DNA of 64,000 nucleotides, from the NCBI RefSeq assembly GCF_018350175.1, contig NC_058368.1, positions 153,886,001 to 153,950,000 on the forward strand. Direction: 5' to 3'. A program made the translations under genes and the position numbers. Positions 1 through 12,604 of this stretch are shown here, one piece after another. This DNA comes from Felis catus (lineage: Eukaryota). Each line of letters begins with the position of its first letter. Within the stretch, counting starts at the first letter, position 1. Below the pieces are notes generated by a model. That model saw nothing but the letters and a program-made list of their open reading frames with translations, was not told where the DNA came from and ran no database searches.

Positions 1-149
1 TCTTCTACTACACTTGGACTTCACCTTGACTTCACCTTACAAAGAAAAGCATGGAATGGAGAGTTTGAGAAACTGAGAATTGTTATTCAAGGCAATAAAT
101 ACTTCTTAAAAAGACTATATCGTTACTTAGTTTAGACTTTAAAAATCGG

Positions 150-570
150 CCTTTTTTTTAAAATACCAGCTTTTACTTTTACTTTTATTTTTTAAACAAT
201 TTTTTAAATTTGAGTAGAGTTGAGTTGAGTAGAGTTAAATTTGAGTAGAGTTGACACACACAGTTATGTTAGTTTCCAGTGTACAGCATAGTGATTTCAC
301 AAGTTTATACATTGTGCTTTGCTCACCATAGGTGTAGCTATATATGTCACCATCCAATGCTATTACAATATCATTGGCCATATTCCTTATGTGGTGCTTT
401 TCATTCCTGTGACTTATTCATTCCATAACTGGAAGCCTGTATCTCTCACTCCCCTTCATCCATTTTTCTATCTCCCAACCATGTGGCAACCATCAATTTA
501 TTCTTTGTATTTATGCAGCCTTTCAATTTTCTTGGTTGCTTGTTTGTTTTTCCTGATAACCACAAATTTG
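150..570 (-). mobile_element. LINE-1 3' end fragment (older carnivore/mammalian L1), 5'-truncated
   Basis: T-rich tail at ~150-205 followed by L1 3'UTR-like sequence (gttagtttccagtgtacagcatagtgatt...ggcaaccatcaatttattct); boundaries approximate. Confidence 0.7.
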
Positions 571-946
571 TAGGTAGGAGGGAAACTAGTATGGTTATAG
601 GCTTAGAAAAGAATTTTTTCTCTATTTACTTGAGTTGTAAATTGAATGAAGACTAGTTAAGGTGGTCTGTAAAGGTTTCAAGGGGAAGTGTGAGATGAGT
701 AGGATTATGGAAAAATGGGGAAAGATAAAGTTCAGCAAAAGATGATTGGGTTAAGTCTCAATTTTATTCCCTTTTTATCTGTATCTCGTGCTTACATATG
801 CTCTGTGGTTGTTGTGAAGAAGGAAAATCACTCAAATCCCGGTTTAGTTTTTGAATTCAAGGGAAAATAATATCATAACTTAAATTCCTTTGTTGATACC
901 TAAGAATTTTTAAAATTTTGGCCTTATCACATAAGAGTGAAGAGCT

Positions 947-1173
947 AGCGGCACCTGGGTGGTTCAGTCTGTTAAGCGACTGACCAGCTCTTGATCTCGA
1001 CTCAGGTCATGATCTCGACTCAGGTCATGATCTCAGGGTTCCTGGGATCAAGCACCACATCAGGTCCATGCTGACAATACTGAGCCTTCTTGGGTTTCTC
1101 TCTCTCCCTCCCTCTTTGCCCCTTGCTCACACACGCTCTCTCCCTCTCTCAAATAAATAAAACTTAAATAAAA
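947..1173 (+). mobile_element. Can-SINE (SINEC) with internal 18-bp tandem duplication
   Basis: Head gcggcacctgggtggttcagt, CT-rich tract, aaataaataaa tail; TSD aagagtgaa(g/c)agct at 933-946 and 1174-1187; tgatctcgactcaggtca x2 at 992-1027. Confidence 0.93.
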
Positions 1174-2105
1174 AAGAGTGAACAGCTGAGTAAAAACATG
1201 CAAATGAGTGTAATTTGTCTTTAACTTAAGGTTCCTGTACATTTAAATATCACTTTTCTAGATAAACTATTTCCATGAAGGTTAAAAGGCAAAGAAAAAA
1301 ACAACCATTGTAACATTATTAATTTTCTGAGAAATCACTAGCAATGGAACCTTTTGTACTTAGAGTGTACTGTTCTTGCTACGTAAATCTCTAATAATTC
1401 AACTGTCACCATTCCAATTATTTCTGTTTACTTTAACTGAATCACAGAAGACATTGATATGCTCATGAAATTTGTAAAATATGCACACAGATAAAAGCAT
1501 TTGCTTTTTAAAAATGTATCTTTTGGCATTTTTAAAAAATCAACAATACCTTTTTATGGATTGAGTAGGGTTGTGGATAAATTTTATAATTTTGTTACCT
1601 ATAATATTATTGACCCTTAGTCTGTTATGTGTAATATTCAAATACTGAACAATCTTAATTTATTACAAATATCTACAATGGGCAATGGAGATTTCCTGTT
1701 CCTGTAGATTATAAAACAAAAGCATAAGGGGCTGATTTCATTTATTTCAAGACTATTGATTTCCAGTCCTTCTCTGCTAACTTTAAAAAAGTCACAATAG
1801 AGATTCATTTATTTTTATTAAAAATGATAAATCTTAAAGTATATTCTCTCTTTAGGGCTTTAAGATTTTACCTCTTTACATGCTTTTCGTAGTTCAGTGA
1901 AATATTTCTATGGAAATAATAGTGACAATAGCAGTTGGAACCAGATTAGAAATACAAGTGGTTCCTCCACAGGAAGATGCCTCAGAGGTTTGAAGATTGT
2001 AGATTCTGTGCATAGATTTTTAGTAAAACATTTTCACTACCTCTGTGTTTGAAAAACATAATAGATAAATATCCCTGACATTACATATATTCATTGATTT
2101 TTCAG

Positions 2106-2166
2106 CACTACTGCATGGGATGCTGCAGTGATTTACAAAACTATCCCTGCAGATAGAACCTGAAAG
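2106..2166 (+). other. Candidate 61-nt internal exon (stop codons in all three frames: non-coding, poison or stop-containing exon) of an unidentified host gene
   Basis: Branch-point-like ccctgAc (A at 2078), AG-free T-rich tract ending ttttcag (2105), donor AAG|gtaaag at 2166/2167. Confidence 0.5.
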
Positions 2167-2449
2167 GTAAAGTTCCTTATTCTTAGTTTCTCAATAAACA
2201 TTTTAAACCATGAGTCTCAAAAATATCATCGTACTTTCTAGCCCTGATAACAAAACTAAAATTTCTTATGAAGACACCATTGCATTACTTAAAATTATAT
2301 TGTACAAGTAATAATTTAATAACTTATTGGAAGAGATACATTGCCTTTCTGCCCTCTGGTTTTTGTAAAAAAAAATTATTTAGATTTGTCCTTGAAATTG
2401 ACACATCGAAAACACATCTTTAAAAATACAAAATCACCACTTCTTGCAG

Positions 2450-3437
2450 AAGACCAAGACTGTAAACTTCACATAGCTTTCTCTGAATTTAGTCTTCCCT
2501 GCAAGTGCATGTGCACTGTAATTCTCTGGGACAAGTTCCAGATTTATATTTGTGTGGTATTGTAAAACTCTCAATTCCTTGTCAAGGAGTTGCCCTCCAG
2601 ACTCTGGTTTTGGTGGATTTATTCAGTTTTGTCCAACAGAGACACTATGGTAGTTCATCTCTTGGGCCTTGGTTTCCCCACGAAGAAAGGCAGTGCTCCT
2701 TTGTTGCAAAAAGCCCAGGTAAATGCTCCGCCAAGGCACCACTGCTACAGGTGCTAAATGTGAGCAATGCTCATGTTTTCACATTGATTTTTTTTCAGGT
2801 GCATTACACGATTGTGTTAAAAATGTTTGCATATAGTGGCTTCTTTAATTTGATACCAAGTCAAAGTAAATAATGGAGACTTTTCAAAAATCATTTTAGA
2901 TTTTGCCAAGTTTTTACAAAGTGGAATAAAATTCCTTTTTGTTAACCAAGAAAGGTCTACACACGATAGCTATGGTAAAAAACTTTGTCACTTATGACCA
3001 CTACTAGTTAAACATTCAAAACAAGTTCATGTGGTCTTATGACTTCAGTAAAGTCATAAGACTTTATTGTCCTAAGTATGACTTAGGTAAAGTGAAAATT
3101 ACCATGTGAAAGCTGAAATGTTAAAACAACAACAACAAAACTAAACCGTGTAACTTTTAAATAGATCAACATAACTACTAAAATTAAACTTTTAATAAAT
3201 GACAAATTTAACATGTGTTTTATAACGAGGCTCTAGATTTTAACATAATTCTAGTGTGGTGGGTTTTTTGTTTTTTGTGGGTTTTTTTTTTTTTTTTGCA
3301 TTCTTGTAAGTCACACTCACTTTCAGTAATATATTACTTTAGGTCCATTTCCATGATATCATGGCTTATTCTTTGGAGTTGCACAAAAGGAAAAGCCTTT
3401 CAATTCCTTTAGAAATAATATGCAAAGGGAGATCCAG

Positions 3438-3483
<46 letters not shown>

Positions 3484-6100
3484 TAGTAAAAAAGAAATTC
3501 TGAAATTCTGTCAAATGTCATAGATTTGTTCATGGAAGTAGACATGGGAGCGATTGAAAGTGCCTTGACATCTACCTGCCATTTACTCTTCTTTGGTTTA
3601 TTTGTTCCGTCATTACTTCCCATATTTCCTTTCAAGTAACTTCGGACATCTTATATGTTATTTCTACACTTTTTCTTTCACATATCTTAAAAGCATTTCA
3701 AATGCTGTGTGATCTATGTCAACATCTCTGAAACTTTCTTCTCTTATGCATTCTGATGGAGGCATTCTCATTACACGCGTCAAAATGAATTTAAGAATTT
3801 TAACTGCCTTCAGATTTTGTGTTTGTCTCTGTATGGGTGTGTATGTGCGTGTATGTGTACATACATGTATAAATACCCAGACAGACCTTCCCATGAAATA
3901 TAGTATTGTGAGTGTGAGATATGTTTAGAAATCTCATACATAGATTATCGGTCAGATTGTGGAGATATTCGATGCAGAAAAGATGTTAGCTCAGCATAAT
4001 GAATATGTCTGCCAGCCATTTTTATAATGACTTGCTGCAGTTTTTATTGTCTGACAAACCGTATGCTGTGCTGTACCGTGAGCTTTCTTGTTCGACATAA
4101 TAAAAAATGATGCAACGTATCCCTAGAAGTCTAGCTGGATGAAAAGAAGGGAGCAAAGTGCTGCTTCTGCCAATAGTTTGGTTGCATATTCTGCTGAAAT
4201 TATTCTGCAGGTGATAAATACACAATTACCATCATTTGTAATGCACTCTTCATTATCTCTAGTAAAGACATTGTTCAGATATAGAGCTTTTAAATGTATT
4301 CGTACACCTAAAATTTCTTTACACGTATTTAATACACCACCAGGTGTGTCTGAATATTTTGAGATGAAAATATTTACCTATATTTAGAGGGCCATGAAAT
4401 AACTTACTTTTGGTTTGTTAATTTATTGCTATATTTCATGTGACTTTTTAAAAAATTTGCTCATCAGGGAAATAATGTTTCAAAGGATAAAATGTTCCAG
4501 TGACTTAATAGTTAAGGACATCAATACTACATTAAAGATTTAGATTTAATATGAGTGATCATTTTCAATTTAGCATTTCCATATATATGAAAAGATCTAT
4601 GCTTAGTTTTAATAAGAATGTATTAATATAAGGTCTATAAAGTACACTGGGCAGGAATCTTGTACAATAGAACTGCATGGTATGTATATTCACTTTGGTG
4701 ATAAATGCTTCGTTCCTTCTTTAGAGGATTATTAAAAGCGTTCTCTGGAGGAATAAAATGGTGGAAGTCACACATTTAATAGCTCAGGTACAAAGAGTCA
4801 GATTGTGCCAGTTGGCAAAAGTTAGCAGGAAGCTGTCACAATAAATGGCAGCAGCTGCTCATAGTTCTAAAGAGTATGTCCCAGTCAGAACTGAAAACTG
4901 ATGGCATCTACATTAATACTACCTTAATGGCCCATCTGCTGCTCCATAGGGTCCCTAGCTGCTGTATGGAGTCATAGGCATTTGACAGGCAGTCTCTGTA
5001 TGCCAGACGCACATTGTGCCAAATGTTTTAGGCTGCTTCATCTCGTTCTGATCTGTCAAATTCTCCCTACTCATTTATCAGGCAAGGAGTTATGAGGGTT
5101 TTTCTTTTCTCCACATCATTGGCTTTCAGCGTTGGGGCAGCTAAGAATTTGGAAGGCAAACTACTTTGGTTATTATTATTTTTTTTTTCTAATTGACAAT
5201 GCAAGGCAAAGTTGTCTGATATACTGTACTGTAGTGGGTAGGTTAACAAAGCGCTGTGACAAGCAAGCCCTGTGGAGAAATCAATCGTGGACGTTTTAAA
5301 ATGCAGTGCTGCATAAATATGTTTTTGTGATTGTATTGGGGAAAATAGTACATTTTTCTGTAGAGCCTTATTAGCTGGGCAGATATGAGAGCTTACTTTT
5401 AGGTTGTTGAGATATAAAAATACTAATATTGGAACACTGTTAGGATATGTTGATAGGAAATAGAAAGTTAGCATTTAAAAACATTTCTTAAACTTCTGTT
5501 TTTGAAACGGACCATGTTTTACACAGCTGGGTCAAACAGGTATAAATAAGGGTGTGTTTTATAGCAGTTGATTAAATTCTTCAGAAATAATATTGTTCAA
5601 CATTGAGGATAAAGTATTGCTTATTTTAATTATACTGAAATGATCAGGGCAGTGCAATTCATGTGTCATTGGGTAAATGCTTGCTAATATGTAATCAGAC
5701 TTATAATACTTTTTACATCAGAAATTGGAAAACTTCCTTTTTGAAAAAATTCTCTAGATGGTGGGGTCGAGCATTACTTTTGAATTAAAACATATGGTTT
5801 TGCTTATTTGAGGGATCAGTTGCAAAATGGTTGCCAAACATATACATTTTAGAAGACCTACCTGCTTTCTGATAAAGACCGTTAACAGATAAACCCTGGT
5901 TTCCCCAGTTTTTACTGGGATCTTCCTAGCTTGCTTGACTTAATATGTTCCCCATCCATAATTGTTCCATATTTGCCAGAGTTCTTCACTGTTCATAAAT
6001 ATGAGGGGTTATATGTGTTTCTTGGTGATTATTCTTCTTTTTCTCCCCCTCTGTCTCTTTTTGTTGCCAGTTTCTTGAGTTAGCAGCTTTTTGGTCCTAC
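2450..6100. promoter_or_regulatory. Repeat-free block with putative conserved non-coding/enhancer-like elements (~2500-2870, ~3950-4260, ~4800-5400)
   Basis: No recognisable TE over about 3.5 kb; locally retained CpGs; Hox/Cdx-like tttttatt(g) and cataataaaaa motifs at ~4040-4110; TGACA, AACAAAG and AAATCAAT motifs at ~5190-5290. Conservation itself not tested. Confidence 0.4.
3437..3481. repeat. (CG)n(CA)n compound microsatellite
   Basis: gcacgcgcgcgcacacac... seen directly. Confidence 0.95.
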
Positions 6101-6406
6101 CTGATTGTTTTAAGAATTTATTAAAAATCCACAAAAATAAATTTTTTAAAAATCCACAAAAATAACCGTATTAATTGGGTGTAATTAAGCTAGATATGTC
6201 AAATGTTGTGGTATTCAAACAAGAATATAGGTGGAACTGTTAGTTATTTTATTCCTGGTTCCAGCGGCTCTCCTAATCACAATCATCAATATTAATAATA
6301 ATTTAAAAAGCAACTATTAAAATATGTTGGTGTGTTTTCTTAGAAACATAATTAACTTGCCTTGAAGACTAATAGATCATGTGTAAATGGTGGATCTTAA
6401 CACAAC

Positions 6407-6472
<66 letters not shown>
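6407..6472. repeat. (TG)10(AG)23 microsatellite; (AG)24 in copy 2
   Basis: Counted directly; explains the offset shift from 45858 to 45860. Confidence 0.95.
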
Positions 6473-6476
<4 letters not shown>

Positions 6477-9030
6477 GGCAAGGAATGTTTTTGGTGGGTT
6501 CACATGTTTAATTATTGTTAATGTTTTCTTAATCTGTGAGTAGCTGCTATTTTAATATACACATTAAAGATATACAACGGTCAACAACGTTTAATACACT
6601 GCTTTTAGGAATCCTTAAGATTTCTTAATTTATTTCTACTTTGAAATAGACTCAATATTACAGTGACTGTTAACCAATGTACCAGTATAATTAAAATCTC
6701 AAATAAGTACTGAAATCAATTTGAAATTCACACTCTTAACTATTGTGACAGCACATCTTAGACATATTCTCTGGGCGGGTATATAGCACAGAAAACTTTG
6801 GTAAAGGGTCAGATACATCCCTATTTTCTTTTTACATGGCCCTGCATCACTGATTTTCATTGGCATTTGAGAAGCTTGTAGAATGAACAGCATAATTGTT
6901 GGTTTTTAGAATATTCTAGAGACTGTGTTAGAAACAGTATGCATTGTGTTCAATCTGTATAGCCCTTTGAAGAAAGTATCACTTATGATAATCATATACA
7001 GAAGCTGAATCTTTGGAATAGTAAATGTTTTACCCAGTCACAATGAGATTGAGCTGAACTTGAACTGTATCTATGAGAAGTGGGGATTATATTGTGTCTT
7101 TATTTACAGTCACGTTTTGAAAAGGTAAAATATCAGGCATAGTAGAGATATCCTAAAGAAAGCAGGACTGAGAGAAGAAGTGTGTCTTGAGAATGGGCTC
7201 ACCATAAAAGGATTCTGACAAAAACAGTGAACCCAGGGGTAAGGCCCATACATCAGAGGGGGGAACTAGTTCTGATACAGCATCTTGCCGACAGCAGAGC
7301 TCATCATAACCCACCATCTCTTGACAACTGTAGGTTCTTGGGGAATGGTTTTGCTTGTGGGTTAGAAAGGCTACAAATCTTTGGGATCTGGGCCACTTTG
7401 CTTGTGGGATAGCTCTCAATGAAATGTAATACAAAAAGACAGAGAGTGATGCATCTCAGTCTGATGTAAGTGGCAGTAATGATAAATTTGCAGTGTAAAT
7501 AACATCCAGTTGGCTTCAGCAATTGCTTATGAATTGCCACTGAAGTATCTGGCCCAGAAAAATACTCCTCAGCTTTAGCTTCTCATACTAGAGAGAAGAG
7601 TGTCCAACAAACAGCTTGATTTGTGGAGGCAGGTAAGCAGACAAGGAAATTTGAAAAATTAGAGATTAAAAAAAAACACAGAAGAGAGAAGTCCACTTGC
7701 AAGGCAAATAAATGAAAGTACCACCGAGATTTGAGATATTAATGTAAATTGCCTTCATTGGTTCACAAAAACATTTGATGCTTGAGGTGGTAGAATTCAT
7801 GTTTTTGGTCCTTGTTGTAAGAGTTAATTCTTCTACAGATACCTTAGCATAATTTCAGTAGACTGGAGATATGGAAGGTGGACATCATGTTTCCACATGA
7901 CAAGGACTAACATGTAGGAAGGAATCCAAAGTAGTCGGTAGTCTTTAACATTACTATTATTGAAGTAGAAGGTTTTTTTTCCCCAGAATTTTATCTAGGA
8001 CTTTGGGTACATGCATTATTTTTGCAGAAAAAGAAATAAAAAGAGCAAAGAAACAAAAATTATAGGAAATCCGGAGACAGAAAAAAACAATGAAAAATCA
8101 TTCTCTTACCTGTTCATAGCTCGAATTTGATGTGACCATTTCTCACAGTGGTTTCCCTGCAACATTTTCCACTTAGGGCTTTCTCTCTCTCTCTCTCTGT
8201 CTCTTTCTTTTACTTTTAATTACTGGAAAGGCTATATCCATGTAAGACCTTTTTACAGATGTTTTATAAGACCTTTTTCTTTGTCATGTCCATGAGATCA
8301 TATTACTTATATGTTACAAACATTCTCATCTAGAATAATAAAGAAGGTGATAGCAACATAATGGCTCACTATTCCCAACTAGGCATGTTGACAATATCCC
8401 ATACTGACAGGTTTTGCTGTTGAAGAATCTTCTAGGGAGTACTGAATTTGTCTTAAAACACAATCCTGAAAATAAAAGAATAAATGTGTAAGAGAAGTAA
8501 CAGAGTTGGCCTTAACAGGAAAAAAATATCTTGAAAGAAAGTGCCTTCAGATTTATTTTTGAAGCAGTTATGTTGCAAATAGAATTATAAGGGAGGCTAA
8601 GTTGTTCTCATGTGCCCTTCTAGTACTTCTACTGGGATCCTGTCTGCCATTTGCTCCTATAAATTCAATTTCCTCATTCAGACTGAACTTATCTATGGCT
8701 CTAACATGGCATAGTATGTCTTATGAACGTGGCTAGATTTTGTAAGACTCTGTGGCTTAGTTTATTTGTTTAGTTGTGTGTGTGTATATGTGAGTGTATA
8801 TTTCTTCATTTTGGTGGTAATCAATTATAAATTTTTTAATCAGATAAACTCATTCTTATTGTGTCGCTACAGCCAATATATTACCTCTCAAGGTAGCCTA
8901 CTGCTGTAATAGCTAAAACCAATTTAACTTTTATAAATATTAATCAATAAATGTATAATAGACTCAAGGATTTCTGGAGGAGGTGGACTCTTAGTGGCAA
9001 ATTGATATTAGCCTTTCTAAAAGGCATTTT

Positions 9031-9360
9031 CCTTTTTTAAAATATGAAGCTTATTGTCAAATTGGTTTCCATACAACACCCAGTGCTCATCCCAACAGGT
9101 GCCCTCCTCAATGCTCATCACCCACTTTCCCCTCCCCCCCCCCACCATCAACCCTCAGTTTATTCTCAGTATTTAAGAGTCTCTTATGGTTTGCCTCCTT
9201 CCCTCTCTGTAACTTCCCCCCCCTTCTCCTCCCCCCTGGTCTTCTGTTGAGTTTCTCAGGATCCACATATGAGTGAAAACATATGGTATATGTCTTTCTC
9301 TGCCTGACTTATTTCACTTAGCATAACACTCTCCAGTTCCATCCACATTGCTACAAATGG
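9031..9360 (-). mobile_element. Carnivore/felid L1 3' end (ORF2 C-terminus plus 3'UTR), heavily 5'-truncated
   Basis: Minus ORF ...PFVAMWMELESVMLSEISQAEKD...; 13-bp TSD taaaaggcatttt at 9018-9030 and 9361-9373. Confidence 0.92.
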
Positions 9361-9899
9361 TAAAAGGCATTTTTCTATACATTCTTGGTAACTGAGCCCT
9401 GATTTGTTCATGTAGTATCTTTGTCTTTCAAAAAATCCTGGGACCTCCACAACTACCATGGTTGAATCTCAGTTTGTCCAAAGTATTACAAATGATTTCA
9501 TTATTCTTACCAAATGATTGATTTAGAGACGGGAGCTTTACACAAATTAATCTGTGGAGGCTTAGGTTAATATACCAAACCTGGTTTAACAGAAAGTTAG
9601 AAAAAAAATTGTGTCATTGACATAACTGAGCTATTAAAACACCAAAGCTAAAAAAACCCACTTGAATAATTTTTTAGATGAATAAGCTACTTACTATGTA
9701 AGCATTTTTGAATTGAGTACTCACTTGCTACCAACTGAAGTTATTCTAGCTGATGTTGTCCTTTTACATGAGAATTTATGACAAAACATACAGCAGTAAG
9801 TTGGTTTGAGTGCCTGAGTCTAGTCAGAGGAGGTTTACATAAGAGTTGAAACTGAGGAAAACAGGTTGGAATTAGACTACAAGGGTTTTAAACTCGTTT

Positions 9900-10380
9900 T
9901 AGGCATCTGACTGGCATCATGTAGACAAGGGGGAAGTAGTGTCTTGGCAACATTGGTCTTGATTTTGTGGCAATGCCTGTAATCTGTTGGAGGACAAAGG
10001 CATTGAGTGTAGAAAATGAAACAGGAGTCCAGGTGTGAAGCAGTGAGAGCTAGAGAAGTGGTCATGGTGAAAAGGAAGGAAGAGAAGTCTGAGAGAAGAG
10101 AGAAATCCAGAAGAGAATTGGTGCACTCAGTGGCTGATTAAATACGGGGGATGAAAATATGGATGCGGCAATCGCTGCTCTGAGTTTTGAGCCTGAGTAA
10201 ATGAAAGCATAGGTGCATTAATTGAAAACAGGTCAATCAAAAAATGAAGTTAATTTTGAGAGATAGAAATCAAATTGAATGTAAGATAATAGTGAGGCAT
10301 TCAAAAAAATATCTATTATGCTGCTAGATATTCAGAACTGTCCTTTAAGATGAGGATTTCAGACTGAGTTGAGCTGTATT
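9900..10380 (-). mobile_element. Degenerate LINE-2-like relic
   Basis: Purine-rich L2-like phrases (gcctgagtaaatgaaag...tgctagatattcagaac); recognised by eye. Confidence 0.45.
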
Positions 10381-10660
10381 TTTGTATTCAGAAACTCCTT
10401 TTTTAATGTAAAAACCATACCTTTCCTTCCACATGGTTTGGGAATCTCAGTAGGAACTCACAGTTGGTTAGCAGTTGGAATAAATGTCTGAAATTCCTAT
10501 GTCGTAAATTTTAGTTCCTCTTTATTATATAGTAGCTAATTTGTTCTTAAATAGGTGATAATAGAGATTGAACTCTTAAAGTAGAGACTATTATGTCATT
10601 ACAGTATGATTTAAAAAACTATAGACTACAGGAGTGAAGAAAAATAAACTGGAGAGAAAG

Positions 10661-10731
10661 GTGTTTGTGTGTGTGTGTGTGTGTGTCTGTGTGTGTGTGT
10701 TTGTGTGTGTGTGTTTGTGCATGCATATGTG
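10661..10731. repeat. Imperfect (TG)n microsatellite
   Basis: Seen directly. Confidence 0.9.
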
Positions 10732-11014
10732 TAATCATCGTAACACAGCCACATGGGAAAAAAAGAAACATAATGCCTATGTTTATTAACTCGGGTAAAT
10801 TGAGTGACAGTTTTTTGACAAGAAAAAAGAGAGAAGAATCTTTCTTCCCCCTTGCTCTACTTGGTAATACCCATTGTGATAAGAGAGGGTACAGGGAAAA
10901 ACATTTTTCTACAAGAAGTCATAGTCAACAAATCTGAGAATAATCAGATATGTCAACAAATATGAGATGCTCAAATTCCTGGTTACAGCATTCATTTTTT
11001 AAAAAGGGATCTGA

Positions 11015-11215
11015 GAGTCACCTAAGAGGCACAATCGGTTGAGCACCAGACTATTGATTTCAGCGAGGTCATGATCCCAGGGTTGTGGGATCAGGCCCTT
11101 GTGGGGCTCTCCACTGAGCCTGGAGCCTGCTTAAGAATCTCCTCTCTCTGTCTCTCTGTCCTTCTCCCCGACTATGTTCTCTCTCTCTCTAAAATTAAAC
11201 AAATAATAAAATACA
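11015..11215 (+). mobile_element. Diverged Can-SINE
   Basis: ggtcatgatcccagggttgtgggatc...gagcctgcttaaga, CT tract, A tail; TSD core gggatctga on both sides. Confidence 0.88.
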
Positions 11216-11914
11216 ATGGGATCTGAAAAAACACTAAGAACAACATCAGTGTAGCTATATGGTAACAGAGAAAGGACATGGAAGAGAAATCAGACAGCCT
11301 GTGACTTGGTTCGCTTGGTAGCACATTGGAGAAACTCAACATATGTTGACCAGTTCAATGCAGTGACTACATCTGAATGTGGTTTGAAGAGTCATAGGCA
11401 GCACAGTTCAACACGAGACTGTTAGAATTGATACACTTGTCATGCTAAAGATCTGAAGCCCAGTCTCTGTCATGCCAGTTTCCACCCCCTGCCAATGGGA
11501 ATAGCACATTTTCTAATACATATAAATATGTATATAATATATAATATAATTATTATAATTATAATTATTTTAGATTATAGTTTTAAATTTTGCTCTACTC
11601 ATTTTGTTTTTCTCCTTTAAGGACTCAGGTGATATGAATATTATTCCTTCTTTGCTGGTCTTCCATTTGTACTACCTTCTAAGCCTTTTTACTCTTCATT
11701 ATATCATTTTTATTTTCTTGGTTGCTTTCTTGTTTGTCTTCTGGGCCCCTTATTCAATTTCTGTTTGAATCTTTCACCTTTAGGCACCTTGCAATTTGTT
11801 CTTTATTTCTGAATTAATGTTGCTTTTTGTTTTTCCATTTCTTCCTGAATTCAATCAACTTGTTTTTCATTTCTCCCTATTTATGTCTGTTTCTGTTTGT
11901 TGTATTTGGATTTC

Positions 11915-12300
11915 TTTTTTTTTAACTTGTTTTATTTTTTTATTTGTTTAAATTTACATCCAAATTAGTTAGCCTATAGTGAAACAATGATTTCAGGAGT
12001 AGATTCCTTAATGTCCCTTACCCATTTAGCCCACCCCCTCCCACAACAAACCCCAGTTTGTTCTCCATATTTATGAGTCTCTTATGTTTTGTCCCCCTCC
12101 CTGTTTTTATGTTATTTTTGTTACCTTTCCTTTATGTTCATCTGTTTTGTTTCTTAAAGTCCTCATATGAGTGAACTCATATGATTTTTGTCTTTCTCTG
12201 ACTGACTAATTTCACTTAGCATAATACCCTCCAGTTCCATCCACGTAGTTGCAAATGGCAAGATTTCATTCTTTTTGTTTGCTGAGTAATACTCCATTGT

Positions 12301-12341
<41 letters not shown>

Positions 12342-12558
12342 TATACATATACACATATATGTGTGTGTGTGTGTGTGTATACACATACAATGGAGTATTA
12401 CTTGGCAAGGAAAAAGATATATATATATATATATCTGTATATATATATATAAATATCTTTATATATATATCTTTATATATATATATCTTTATATATATAA
12501 ATATCTTTATATATATAAATATCTTTATATATATATAAATATCTTTATATATATATAG

Positions 12559-12604
<46 letters not shown>

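Noticed and set aside
205..255. Short reiterations of tttgagtagagtt; similar 13-bp repeat at ~45165-45197
   Set aside because: Ordinary local slippage duplications within old repeats.
2505..2873. 122-aa + strand ORF with nearby splice-like sites (CAG|gtaaat ~2718, ttttcag ~2798)
   Set aside because: Non-ATG start and no recognisable protein; more plausibly non-coding, and no coherent exon chain could be built.
5067..5474. 135-aa minus-strand ORF, truncated to 87 aa by the junction in copy 2
   Set aside because: No recognisable domain, promoter or splice context; consistent with a chance ORF.
8110..8156. Possible minus-strand exon (donor CAG|gtaaga; GNHCEKWSHQIRAMN)
   Set aside because: The acceptor lacks a polypyrimidine tract (purine-rich upstream), and the strand conflicts with the inferred host orientation.
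12418..12590. Regularly spaced AT-rich repeats resembling an array
   Set aside because: Slippage minisatellite with no unique spacers; not CRISPR, and the DNA is mammalian.
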